From positions 1 through 51,336 of the forward strand of contig CANQIN010000002.1 in NCBI GenBank assembly GCA_947623995.1: a DNA stretch of 51,336 bases, given 5' to 3'. This document shows, piece after piece, positions 25,599-34,735 of the stretch. Origin of the DNA: an uncultured Bacilli bacterium. Its GTDB lineage: Bacteria; Bacillota_I; Bacilli_A; RF39; UBA660. Under the pieces are notes generated by a model, which was not told where the DNA came from, made no database searches, and saw nothing but the letters and a program-made list of their open reading frames with translations. The translations under genes and the position numbers were made by a program. The stretch's first letter is position 1. Each line of letters opens with the position of its first letter.

Positions 25599-26945
25599 TC
25601 AAAATGTTAATCGAAAAGGATTATCTATTGAACCGTAATTATCACTTTCATCTGATTCAATATAGACTTTATTATTTAAATATACAGTTGGTAAAATATT
25701 TGCTTCCTGATTTACATCACCCCAATAAATACCACTCATAGTAGAACTTATAGCAGTTTTATTAGAATTATCAAAATGAGTAGTTAAAAACCAATGACTA
25801 TCAGTATACAACCAATTAATATTTTCAATTGTATAACATGTACTATCAAAATCTAGTAATTTTTTTTCTAAGCAAGTTTCTCTATCATTTGCAACTGCAT
25901 AGCCATAATCTGATGGATAAATTAACCCAACTCCATTATGATATTTTGAATCATTTTCTCTGGTCCATACACTTGGATAGCCACTTTCTTTTACTGAAAC
26001 ACTTCTTTCTTTTTCATACATCGTTGGTGCATTATATATATCATTTGGTTCACCCAAATTCCATATAACATCTTTATCAATCATCAGCCTTGCTTCTTCA
26101 TTTAATCCTTTTGAATTTATATTATCTTGAGTAAAATCACATTCTGTTGGAATAGGATTATTTACATCTTGATAGCAATCACCAATCTCACTATTATAAT
26201 ATATGCCATTTAACATATCTTTTAAAGTTGAAGTTGTCCAATCATTATTATATGTAGATTTATAATCCCAACTATAATATCCTAAATCATCCATAAAGTG
26301 AAAATCTTCATTTTCATCAGTCCAAAATACATTTGAAATTCTTGTTAATTTTACTCTTTGTTCTATTCCACTATCAGTTTGAACGTTTACGAGTCCAATA
26401 ATTCTCCATATTTCATCATTAAATGCTATATAATTATTAGGATCTTCTCCAGCATATCGATATTCTATTTTATTCCAGCCACTATCTATTTCAGTAACAC
26501 TATGATCTACTTTATACAATCCATCACCAGTCTCTACAATAGGAATATCTCTATTTAATTGAAAACCAGTTTGTTCTTTAAAATATAAGCTACACTTTGT
26601 CTTTACTTTTTTTAATCCTTTTACTAATGGGGCCCATTCATTGTTGTTCCATTCAATACTTGCTCCATTATCACATTCACCATGGTCAAATACTAAATTA
26701 TCTGGATTATCTTTTACTGGCATCGTATCTAACTGTTCATCACCTTTATAGAATGCAAAATAAATATCGCTATTACCAAAATAATCAACTTTTCCTTTCA
26801 TCATTGGAAATTCTGCACTTTCCGTAAAACTTGCAAAGGTTTTATATAGAAGTAATGAGACACTTATTAAGACTATTACACTTATACTTATCAATATTGT
26901 TTTTCTTCTTTTCTTACTTTTATCTTCATATTTTTTTAGCTTCAT
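25599..26945 (-). CDS. Paralog family member, class-I N-module with type-b C-module
   Basis: N-terminus ..YKTFASFTESAEFPMMKGKVDYFGNSDIYFAFYKGDEQLDTMP..GECDNGASIEWNNNEWAPLVKGLKKVKTKCSLYF. C-module motifs EYRYAGEDPNNYIAFNDEIWRIIGLVNV, LKDMLNGIYYNSEIGDCY, GLIYPSDYGYA, PTVYL and DNPFRLTF. Confidence 0.85.
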   Translation of the reverse strand: MKLKKYEDKSKKRRKTILISISVIVLISVSLLLYKTFASFTESAEFPMMKGKVDYFGNSDIYFAFYKGDEQLDTMPVKDNPDNLVFDHGECDNGASIEWNNNEWAPLVKGLKKVKTKCSLYFKEQTGFQLNRDIPIVETGDGLYKVDHSVTEIDSGWNKIEYRYAGEDPNNYIAFNDEIWRIIGLVNVQTDSGIEQRVKLTRISNVFWTDENEDFHFMDDLGYYSWDYKSTYNNDWTTSTLKDMLNGIYYNSEIGDCYQDVNNPIPTECDFTQDNINSKGLNEEARLMIDKDVIWNLGEPNDIYNAPTMYEKERSVSVKESGYPSVWTRENDSKYHNGVGLIYPSDYGYAVANDRETCLEKKLLDFDSTCYTIENINWLYTDSHWFLTTHFDNSNKTAISSTMSGIYWGDVNQEANILPTVYLNNKVYIESDESDNYGSIDNPFRLTF

Positions 26946-26967
26946 ATAATCACCTATTCTTAGGTAA

Positions 26968-26998
26968 ATTATAGCATTTACCCCCCCCCCTATGTCAA
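26968..26998 (-). promoter_or_regulatory. Switch promoter P4: TTGACA-TA-G10-TAAATGC-TATAAT (19-nt spacer)
   Basis: -35 at 26998-26993; plus-strand C10 at 26981-26990; -10 at 26973-26968. The ATG is at 26945. Confidence 0.7.
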
Positions 26999-27001
26999 GA
27001 G

Positions 27002-27191
27002 GAGGCTGCTGAAAAAGTGTACATTTTTTGTAAAATTAAAATTCTGAAAAAATCAAATCCCAATTTTTAATTAAATATGTATTAAAAATGGGGAACAACA
27101 TTTGAAATTTGTACATTTTTGCATATTAAGTGGGAGATAAAAAAATAGAAATTTTGATTTTTTGAAATTTTTGGACTTTTTCAGCAGCTTC
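27002..27191. mobile_element. 190-bp MITE-like element inserted at the -35 box of P4
   Basis: Terminal inverted repeats are GAGGCTGCTGAAAAAGT (27002-27018) and ACTTTTTCAGCAGCTTC (27175-27191), 16/17 complementary. The element is flanked by a 9-bp direct repeat TGTCAAGAG (26993-27001 and 27192-27200). It has no ORF. Confidence 0.6.
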
Positions 27192-27230
27192 TGTCAAGAG
27201 ATTTAAGCATGTTATCATTTTTTAGGCAAA

Positions 27231-27253
27231 GAAAAAAGCGATTTCTCGCTTTT
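27231..27253 (-). terminator. Intrinsic terminator of the str operon (after tuf)
   Basis: Minus strand AAAGCGA-GAAA-TCGCTTT followed by a T-run. Confidence 0.7.
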
Positions 27254-27254
27254 A

Positions 27255-28421
27255 TTAGGCATCAATTGATGATACTACACCAGCACCAACAGTACGTCCA
27301 CCTTCACGAATTGAGAATTTAGTACCATTTTCAAGTGCTACAGGCGCAATTAATTCAACAGTCATGTCAACATTATCACCAGGCATAACCATTTCAGTAC
27401 CTTCAGGTAACTCGATAACACCAGTTACGTCTGTAGTACGGAAATAAAATTGTGGACGATAATTTGAGAAGAATGGAGTATGACGTCCGCCTTCTTCTTT
27501 AGTTAAGACATAAACGCTAGCTTTAAATTTGTGATGAGGAACAATACTTCCTGGTTTAGCAAGAACTTGTCCACGTTCAACTTCATCACGAGCGATACCA
27601 CGAAGTAATACACCAGCATTATCACCAGCTTGAGCATAGTCTAGAGATTTTCTAAACATTTCAATACCAGTAACAACTGTCTTCTTAGTATCTTTTAAAC
27701 CAACGATTTCAACTTCGTCATTTAATTTTAATTGTCCACGTTCAACACGTCCAGTAACAACTGTACCACGTCCAGAAATTGTAAATACATCTTCAATACT
27801 CATTAAGAATGGTTTGTCAGTATCTCTTTCTGGTGAAGGAATATATTCGTCAACAGCTTTCATTAAATCTCTAATAGATTGTTCAGCTTCAGGATCTCCT
27901 TCAATAGCTTTAAGAGCAGATCCACGGATAATAGGACATTCAGTATCGAATTCATATTCTCCTAATAATTCACGAATTTCCATTTCTACTAAGTCAAGTA
28001 ATTCAGGATCATCAACTTGGTCACATTTATTCATGTAAACAACAATTTTAGGAACTCCAACTTGACGAGATAGTAAAATATGTTCTCTTGTTTGAGGCAT
28101 AGGACCATCTGCAGCAGACACTACTAAGATTGCTCCATCCATTTGAGCAGCTCCAGTAATCATGTTTTTAACATAGTCAGCATGTCCTGGGCAGTCAACG
28201 TGAGCATAATGACGTTTTTCAGTTTCATACTCAACGTGAGCAGTATTAATAGTAATACCTCTTTCTCTTTCTTCTGGTGCTTTGTCGATATCTGCATATT
28301 CAACATATTTACCAAATAATTTTGTAATAGCAGCTGTTAATGTTGTTTTACCATGGTCAACGTGTCCAATAGTACCAATATTAACATGTTCTTTTGAACG
28401 GTCAAATTTTTCTTTTGCCAT
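27255..28421 (-). CDS. tuf: Elongation factor Tu
   Basis: [18 protein letters not shown] and NKCD motifs; full-length EF-Tu similarity pattern. Confidence 0.97.
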   Translation of the reverse strand: MAKEKFDRSKEHVNIGTIGHVDHGKTTLTAAITKLFGKYVEYADIDKAPEERERGITINTAHVEYETEKRHYAHVDCPGHADYVKNMITGAAQMDGAILVVSAADGPMPQTREHILLSRQVGVPKIVVYMNKCDQVDDPELLDLVEMEIRELLGEYEFDTECPIIRGSALKAIEGDPEAEQSIRDLMKAVDEYIPSPERDTDKPFLMSIEDVFTISGRGTVVTGRVERGQLKLNDEVEIVGLKDTKKTVVTGIEMFRKSLDYAQAGDNAGVLLRGIARDEVERGQVLAKPGSIVPHHKFKASVYVLTKEEGGRHTPFFSNYRPQFYFRTTDVTGVIELPEGTEMVMPGDNVDMTVELIAPVALENGTKFSIREGGRTVGAGVVSSIDA

Positions 28422-28488
28422 TTTTTGTTTCTCTCCTTTCAGTATTTATTTTATCTAATGCTTGAATTAATTTCAAGTATTATTTAGA

Positions 28489-30564
28489 TTAGTTAACGCT
28501 GTTTTTCTTAATTATTTCTTCAGCGATAGATTTTGGAACTTCTTCATAATGGTCTAATTCCATTGTAAAGTTTCCACGACCTTGAGTATTAGAACGCAAA
28601 CTAGTTGCATAACCAAACATTTCAGCTAATGGAACCATTGCTGTAATAGCTAGGGCATTACCACGTGATTCTTGTCCTAGAGGACGACCACGACGACTTG
28701 TTAAGTCACCCATAACATTACCCATGTATTCATCTGGAACAATAACAGTTACTTTCATGATTGGTTCTAATATTACAGGTTTACATTTATTTTTAGTTTC
28801 TTTAACTGCAAGACTAGCAGCAATTTTGAAAGCCATTTCAGATGAGTCAACATCATGATATGAACCATCAAATAATGTTGCTTTAACATCAACCATTGGG
28901 TATCCAGCAAGTACACCACCGGCCATAGCCTCTTGTAAACCTTTATCTGTTACTGGGATATATTCACGAGGAACAACACCACCAACGATAGCATCAACAA
29001 ATTCATAACCTTTGTCTTTATTTGGTTCAAAACGAACCCATACATGACCATATTGTCCACGTCCACCTGATTGTTTAATATACTTACCTTCACATTCACC
29101 CATTTGAGTAATTGTTTCACGATAAGCAACTTGTGGACGACCAATATTAGCATCAACGTTAAATTCTCTTCTCATTCTTTCAACTTGAACCTCTAAATGA
29201 AGTTCTCCCATACCACTGATAATAGTTTGACCAGTTTCAGGATCAGTTTTATAACGGAAAGTAGGATCTTCTTCAGCTAATTTTTGTAAAGCTGTACCTA
29301 ACTTTTCTTGATCAGCTTTTGATTTTGGTTCAATAGCTTCATCAATAACTGGTAAAGGAAATTCCATACCTTTCATAATAACTGGATGTTTTTCATCACA
29401 TAAAGTATCAGCAGTTGTGGTATTTTTAAGTCCTACAGCAGCGGCAATTTCACCACAATAAACTTCAGATATTTCTTTACGATTATTAGCATGCATTTGT
29501 AGGATACGACCAATACGTTCTTTTTCACCTTTAGTACTATTCATAATGTATGAACCACTAGTTAAATGACCAGAATAAACTCTAAAGAAAGCTAGTCGTC
29601 CAACAAATGGATCAGCCATAATCTTAAATGCTAAAGCTGTAAATGGTTCTGAATCACTTGGATGACGCATAACATCTTCACCAGTTTTAGGATCATAACA
29701 TTCAATAGATGGAACATCAGTAGGAGCAGGTAAATAATCAATTACAGCATCTAATAATAATTTAATACCTTTATTTGATAAAGCATCACCACATAATACT
29801 GGATAAAATTGATTAGATAAAACACCTTTTCTAATTGCACTTTTAATTTCTTCAACACTTAATTCTTCACCATTTAAGTATTTTTCCATTAATTCGTCAT
29901 CAAATTCAACAACAGTTTCAATTAAATCAGCTCTTTTAGTTTCAACTAAATCTTTTAAATCAGCAGGTATTTCAATTTCAACAGCATTTTCTTCTTCTTT
30001 ACCATCATATTGATAAGCTTTTCTTGTAATTAAATCAACAATACCATTAAATTCATTTTCAGCTCCAATAGGCCATTCAATAGGTTTAGCATTTGCTCCT
30101 AATCTTTTAGAAATAGTTTCTAGACTATAAGCAAAATCAGCTCCTAATTTTCCCATTTTATTACACATAATCATTCTTGGAACTTTAAATTCATCTGCTT
30201 GACGCCAAACCGTTTCAGTTTGAGGTTCAACACCAGCTTGAGCATCTAAAAGGGCAACAGCACCATCTAATACTCTAAGACTTCTTGAAACTTCAACAGT
30301 AAAGTCGACATGGCCTGGAGTATCGATAATATTAAAACGATATCCTTTCCAATGCGCTGTAGTTGCAGCAGAGGTAATAGTAATACCACGTTCTTTTTCT
30401 TGATCCATCCAGTCCATTTGTGATTCACCATCGTGAGTTTCACCAATTTTATGAATACGACCAGTATGATATAAAATTCTTTCAGTTGTCGTAGTCTTAC
30501 CAGCATCAATATGAGCCATTATTCCAATATTTCTTACTTTATCAATAGCAACATCTCTAGCCAT
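28489..30564 (-). CDS. fusA: Elongation factor G
   Basis: [23 protein letters not shown] and NKMD motifs; 691 aa. Confidence 0.97.
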   Translation of the reverse strand: MARDVAIDKVRNIGIMAHIDAGKTTTTERILYHTGRIHKIGETHDGESQMDWMDQEKERGITITSAATTAHWKGYRFNIIDTPGHVDFTVEVSRSLRVLDGAVALLDAQAGVEPQTETVWRQADEFKVPRMIMCNKMGKLGADFAYSLETISKRLGANAKPIEWPIGAENEFNGIVDLITRKAYQYDGKEEENAVEIEIPADLKDLVETKRADLIETVVEFDDELMEKYLNGEELSVEEIKSAIRKGVLSNQFYPVLCGDALSNKGIKLLLDAVIDYLPAPTDVPSIECYDPKTGEDVMRHPSDSEPFTALAFKIMADPFVGRLAFFRVYSGHLTSGSYIMNSTKGEKERIGRILQMHANNRKEISEVYCGEIAAAVGLKNTTTADTLCDEKHPVIMKGMEFPLPVIDEAIEPKSKADQEKLGTALQKLAEEDPTFRYKTDPETGQTIISGMGELHLEVQVERMRREFNVDANIGRPQVAYRETITQMGECEGKYIKQSGGRGQYGHVWVRFEPNKDKGYEFVDAIVGGVVPREYIPVTDKGLQEAMAGGVLAGYPMVDVKATLFDGSYHDVDSSEMAFKIAASLAVKETKNKCKPVILEPIMKVTVIVPDEYMGNVMGDLTSRRGRPLGQESRGNALAITAMVPLAEMFGYATSLRSNTQGRGNFTMELDHYEEVPKSIAEEIIKKNSVN

Positions 30565-30575
30565 AATTTACCTCC

Positions 30576-31043
30576 TTACCATCTATAATGAGCAAACGCT
30601 TTATTTGCTTCAGCCATTTTGTGAGTATCTTCACGCTTTTTAACAGCACCACCAGTACCATTGGCAGCATCCATAATTTCATTTGCTAAATTAATAGCCA
30701 TACCTTTACCATTACGGTTTTTAGCATAATTAACAAGCCAACGTAAAGCAAGGGTTTGACTACGGTCTTCACTAACTTCAATTGGAACTTGATAATTAGA
30801 ACCACCAACACGACGAGATTTAACTTCTAGCATTGGTTTAATATTTTCTAAAGCACTTTGATATACTTCCATAGCTGGTTTTCCCGTTTTCTTTTCAACT
30901 ATATCAAATGCTTCATATAAAATCTTTTGAGCAGTTCCTTTTTTACCATCTTGCATAATTTGATTGATTAATTTAGTAACAACCTTGGAATTATATACAG
31001 AATCTGGTAATACATCTCTTTTAATTGCTCTTCTCTTACGCAT
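30576..31043 (-). CDS. rpsG: 30S ribosomal protein S7
   Basis: 155 aa, ending ..[10 protein letters not shown]. It occupies the canonical str-operon position. Confidence 0.95.
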   Translation of the reverse strand: MRKRRAIKRDVLPDSVYNSKVVTKLINQIMQDGKKGTAQKILYEAFDIVEKKTGKPAMEVYQSALENIKPMLEVKSRRVGGSNYQVPIEVSEDRSQTLALRWLVNYAKNRNGKGMAINLANEIMDAANGTGGAVKKREDTHKMAEANKAFAHYRW

Positions 31044-31061
31044 ATTATTTTCCTCCTTCTA

Positions 31062-31475
31062 TTATTTTTTAGGTTTTTTAGCTCCGTATTTACTACGTCC
31101 TTGTTTTCGGTTTGCAACACCTTGAGTATCAAGAGTTCCTCTAACAACGTGATAACGAACACCGATTAGGTCTTTAACACGTCCACCACGAATTAAAACA
31201 ACACTATGTTCTTGAAGGTTATGTCCTTCACCTGGAATATAAGTATCTACTTCTTTACCATTAGAAAGTCTAACACGAGCATATTTACGTAATGCTGAGT
31301 TCGGTTTCTTAGGGGTTTTAGTACCAACACGAGTACATACGCCACGTTTTTGAGGACTTGGATTATTAGTTTGTTTTCTTTCTAAAGTATTCATTCCGAC
31401 ATTTAAAACGGGACTTTTACTCTTCTTAGTTTTCTTACTTCTTCCTTTTTTAACAAGTTGATTAATAGTAGTCAT
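31062..31475 (-). CDS. rpsL: 30S ribosomal protein S12
   Basis: [12 protein letters not shown].., [10 protein letters not shown] and RGGRVKDL motifs. Confidence 0.95.
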   Translation of the reverse strand: MTTINQLVKKGRSKKTKKSKSPVLNVGMNTLERKQTNNPSPQKRGVCTRVGTKTPKKPNSALRKYARVRLSNGKEVDTYIPGEGHNLQEHSVVLIRGGRVKDLIGVRYHVVRGTLDTQGVANRKQGRSKYGAKKPKK

Positions 31476-31571
31476 ATTTTCTCCTTTCCATTAACACACT
31501 TCCTGGTGTATCAATCATTACTTTAAATAAGGTTTTACCAAATGTAAAACCAAATTTAACAATGTGCATTA

Positions 31572-31601
31572 ACTATACCACTATAGTTTATGAGTTGTCA
31601 A
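31572..31601 (-). promoter_or_regulatory. str operon promoter
   Basis: TTGACA (31601-31596), 18 nt, TGg-TATAGT (31577-31572). A ~90-nt leader follows, containing the hairpin GGTTTTAC-ATTTG-GTAAAACC. Confidence 0.6.
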
Positions 31602-31689
31602 ACAAAAAATAGCAAAAAACCATAATAAATTCTTAAAGAATAAGGAAAATATTTAAAAAAACATCAAATTTTTAAATTAAATATAGTTA

Positions 31690-33015
31690 CTATTGAACTG
31701 ATAATACAAAAGGCGAATTTATATCTCCTGTTCCATCAACAATTTTTGTAGAAGTTGTTAAATATAAAGTTGGCCAAACCATAATTTCGGAATTGACACG
31801 ATAATCACTGCTAGTTACCCAACCTTCATATTCTACATAGAATGCATGATTGGAATCATTAGAATCTAGTGATAAAGTCCATAGACAATAATAGGGACTT
31901 GGAGTTAACCAATCATTTGTATAGCAATTACCTCCATCATAATCATATAAATTTTTGACTAAACAATTATTCCTTACTTCTCCTCCTACGGCATAACCGT
32001 AATCACTTGGATAAATTAAGCCTATTCCATTATGCTTTTCTCCTACATCTGTTTCAATACTCCATTCACTTGGATATGTATTACTACTTCCTGTACTTGT
32101 TCCCCTTTCTTTTTCATAAAATTGTTTTGCTGTTATTGTCTCTGTATCCCATCCACCTATATTCCAGCTTACTTCTTTATCTATCATATTTCTTGCTGTA
32201 TCATCTAATCCTTTTGGTAAAATTGCTCCTGTATTAAAATCACACTGGCTTACTATACCACTACTGCTATTATAGCAATCTCCTATTCCACTTTCATAGT
32301 ATATTCCATTCAGCATATCTTTTAATGACGAAGTATTCCAATTATTAGTATCTGTATCCCAATAATACTGGCCAAAATCCTTTTGGCCTTTTACACCATC
32401 TTGTCTTACTATTTTTAGTCTTTGCTCTATTCCACTTTCAGTTTTTACATTTACTAAACCTATAATTCGCCAGATTTCATTATTAAAGAATACATAATTA
32501 TCTGGATCAGCTCCAGCATATCGATATTCAGTTTGATTCCATTCTTGACCAAGTTCTTCTAAATCATCATGAGTTACGACATAAAGTCCATCTCCACTTT
32601 CTACTACTGGTATTTTCATTCCGCCTAATTCTACACCTACTTGTTCTTTAAAATATAAACTACATTTAGTCTTACTTTTACTTAAATTTTTAACCATTGG
32701 TCCCCATTTTTCACTATTCCATTCGATTGTTGCTCCATTATCACATATTCCATGGTCAAATACCAAATTTTCTTCATTACCATTCTGAGGCATTTCATCT
32801 AATTGTTCATCACCTTTATAGAACGCAAAATAAATATCACTATTACCAAAATAATCTACTTTACCTTTCATCATAGGAAATTCAGCACTTTCAGTAAAAC
32901 TTGCAAAGGTTTTATATAATAGAAAAGAAACACTTATTAACACTATTACACTAATGGTTATTAGTATTGTTTTTCTTGTTTTACTATTCTTATCAACATA
33001 CTTTTCTAGCTTCAT
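31690..33015 (-). CDS. Paralog family member, class-I N-module with type-b C-module
   Basis: Same N-terminus and N-module as 25599-26945 (..GICDNGATIEWNSEKWGPMVKNLSKSKTKCSLYF). C-module motifs EYRYAGADPDNYVFFNNEIWRIIGLVNV, LKDMLNGIYYESGIGDCY and GLIYPSDYGYAVGG. Confidence 0.85.
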   Translation of the reverse strand: MKLEKYVDKNSKTRKTILITISVIVLISVSFLLYKTFASFTESAEFPMMKGKVDYFGNSDIYFAFYKGDEQLDEMPQNGNEENLVFDHGICDNGATIEWNSEKWGPMVKNLSKSKTKCSLYFKEQVGVELGGMKIPVVESGDGLYVVTHDDLEELGQEWNQTEYRYAGADPDNYVFFNNEIWRIIGLVNVKTESGIEQRLKIVRQDGVKGQKDFGQYYWDTDTNNWNTSSLKDMLNGIYYESGIGDCYNSSSGIVSQCDFNTGAILPKGLDDTARNMIDKEVSWNIGGWDTETITAKQFYEKERGTSTGSSNTYPSEWSIETDVGEKHNGIGLIYPSDYGYAVGGEVRNNCLVKNLYDYDGGNCYTNDWLTPSPYYCLWTLSLDSNDSNHAFYVEYEGWVTSSDYRVNSEIMVWPTLYLTTSTKIVDGTGDINSPFVLSVQ

Positions 33016-33038
33016 TTTATCACTCTATTCTTAGAGTA

Positions 33039-33071
33039 ATTATAAACTTTAAAACCCCCCCCCCATGTCAA
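33039..33071 (-). promoter_or_regulatory. Switch promoter P5: TTGACA-T-G10-TTTTAAAGTT-TATAAT (21-nt spacer)
   Basis: -35 at 33071-33066; plus-strand C10 at 33055-33064; -10 at 33044-33039. The ATG is at 33015. Confidence 0.7.
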
Positions 33072-33262
33072 GTTTGAAAATATTACTTTATACCACTCTC
33101 AATAAATTTTCAAAATATTAAATTTTTAAAAAATATGTTGCAATGTACAACAATTAAAAAACGAACTAGCCCTTTAGTTACTTGGGCTTACTCATTTTTA
33201 CTGTCAAAGTCAAGTTAAGATCTAAATTTTTTCTATTTACAATATACTTTAATCTAAAATAT

Positions 33263-34597
33263 TTATGATTCTAAAATAAATGGATTATCAATTGTTCCAT
33301 ATTCTTTTTCAGGTTTAGAATTCGGAAGTATTTTAACATTATTTTTTAAATATAGTGTTGGCCAAACGCCTTTACTGTATAGACCAGAATTACGCACATA
33401 TCCATACAAACCAATATAAAATGCACCACGTGAGTATGAAGAATTAGGTGTTAAAGACCATGAATCGCCATCAATAGGTTTTAACCAGTCAGTTCCAGCA
33501 CATTCACTTTGATAATTTATAATATTATTTTCCCAGTTATATAATTCTTTTGTAAAGCATGCTTCCCTTCCTAAATTACCTCCATTAGTCGCATAACCAT
33601 AGTCACTTGGATAAATTAATCCTATTCCATTATGTTTTCCTAATGGATCATTTTTATTACTCCATTCAATTGGATAATCGCTATTTCCAGTTACACTTCC
33701 CCGTTCTTTCTCATAAAAAACATTTACTAAAACATCATTTTCTGGAAAAACTCCTCCAATATTCCAAATTACTTCTTTATCTATCATTTTTCTTGCAGTT
33801 TCATCTAAGCCTTTTGGCAAATTACTGTTTCCTGTGAAATCACATTCATTTTGAGTATCTTGATTTTCATTAATTACTGGAAAACATTCACCTATCGTAC
33901 TTTCATAATATATGCCATTTAACATATCTTTTAATGTTGAAGTATTCCAATTGTTTACATATCTATCCCAAACATAGTTTCCAAAATTTTTTTGAGCATC
34001 AATACCATCGGTTCTCACAATTTTAATTCTTTGTTCTATACCTCTTGCAGTTGCAACATTTACTAAGCCTATTATTCGCCATGTCTCATTATTAAATTTG
34101 ACATAATTATTTGGATTAGAACCTGCATATCGATATTCTATTTTATTCCATTCTTTATTTATTCCATTTACTTCATGACTTACTTTATACAGTCCATCTC
34201 CACTTTCAATTGTTGAAACATTTTTTATAAAATCTATTCCTGATGATTGCCTAAAATATAAAGCACACTTAGTTTTACTTTTACTTAAATTCTTTACTAA
34301 TGGGGCCCATTCTACTTCATCCCAAAGAACATATGCACCATTGTCACATTTTCCATAATCAAAAACTAAATCTTCATTATTATCTTTATCTGGCATTTCA
34401 TCTATTTGTTCTTCTCCTTTATAAAATGCAAAATAATCTACTTTTCCCTTCATCATTGGAAATTCTTCACTTTCGGTAAAAGATGCAAATGTGTTATATA
34501 ACAAAAAAGAAATACTTATTAAGACTATTATGCTTATAGTTATTAGTATTGTTTTTCTTCTTTTTTTATCTTTATTATTATTCTTTTCTAGCTTCAT
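33263..34597 (-). CDS. Paralog family member, class-I N-module (7-codon deletion variant) with type-b C-module
   Basis: ..FASFTESEEFPMMKGKVDYFAFYKGEEQ.. lacks GNSDIYF. The rest includes GKCDNGAYVLWDEVEWAPLVKNLSKSKTKCALYF, EYRYAGSNPNNYVKFNNETWRIIGLVNV and GLIYPSDYGYA. Confidence 0.85.
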   Translation of the reverse strand: MKLEKNNNKDKKRRKTILITISIIVLISISFLLYNTFASFTESEEFPMMKGKVDYFAFYKGEEQIDEMPDKDNNEDLVFDYGKCDNGAYVLWDEVEWAPLVKNLSKSKTKCALYFRQSSGIDFIKNVSTIESGDGLYKVSHEVNGINKEWNKIEYRYAGSNPNNYVKFNNETWRIIGLVNVATARGIEQRIKIVRTDGIDAQKNFGNYVWDRYVNNWNTSTLKDMLNGIYYESTIGECFPVINENQDTQNECDFTGNSNLPKGLDETARKMIDKEVIWNIGGVFPENDVLVNVFYEKERGSVTGNSDYPIEWSNKNDPLGKHNGIGLIYPSDYGYATNGGNLGREACFTKELYNWENNIINYQSECAGTDWLKPIDGDSWSLTPNSSYSRGAFYIGLYGYVRNSGLYSKGVWPTLYLKNNVKILPNSKPEKEYGTIDNPFILES

Positions 34598-34620
34598 TTT
34601 ATCACTCTATTCTTAGAGTA

Positions 34621-34652
34621 ATTATAAACCTATACCCCCCCCCCTATGTCAA
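34621..34652 (-). promoter_or_regulatory. Switch promoter P6: TTGACA-TA-G10-TATAGGTT-TATAAT (20-nt spacer)
   Basis: -35 at 34652-34647; plus-strand C10 at 34635-34644; -10 at 34626-34621. The ATG is at 34597. Confidence 0.7.
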
Positions 34653-34735
34653 CATTTAAATTATTATTTTAAACCACTTTTTATGTTTATACTATAAATT
34701 TTCTTTTTTTGAAAATTATTATTCATAAAAAAATC

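Noticed and set aside
28950-31162. Out-of-frame minus-strand ORFs 28950-29156, 30267-30509 and 30968-31162
   Set aside because: They are embedded in fusA, or overlap rpsG and rpsL, in alternative frames, and have no independent signals.
31476-31571. A hairpin-containing ~90-nt leader of rpsL (GGTTTTAC-ATTTG-GTAAAACC) as a possible ribosomal-protein autoregulatory leader
   Set aside because: It is a single hairpin, and I cannot evaluate covariation from one sequence. I know of no matching leader family, so it is mentioned but not called.
10630-34700. Invertible-promoter (fimS/shufflon-type) switching of the paralogs
   Set aside because: No inverted repeats bracket the promoters, and the window has no tyrosine or serine recombinase. 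The homopolymer in the spacer is the simpler explanation.
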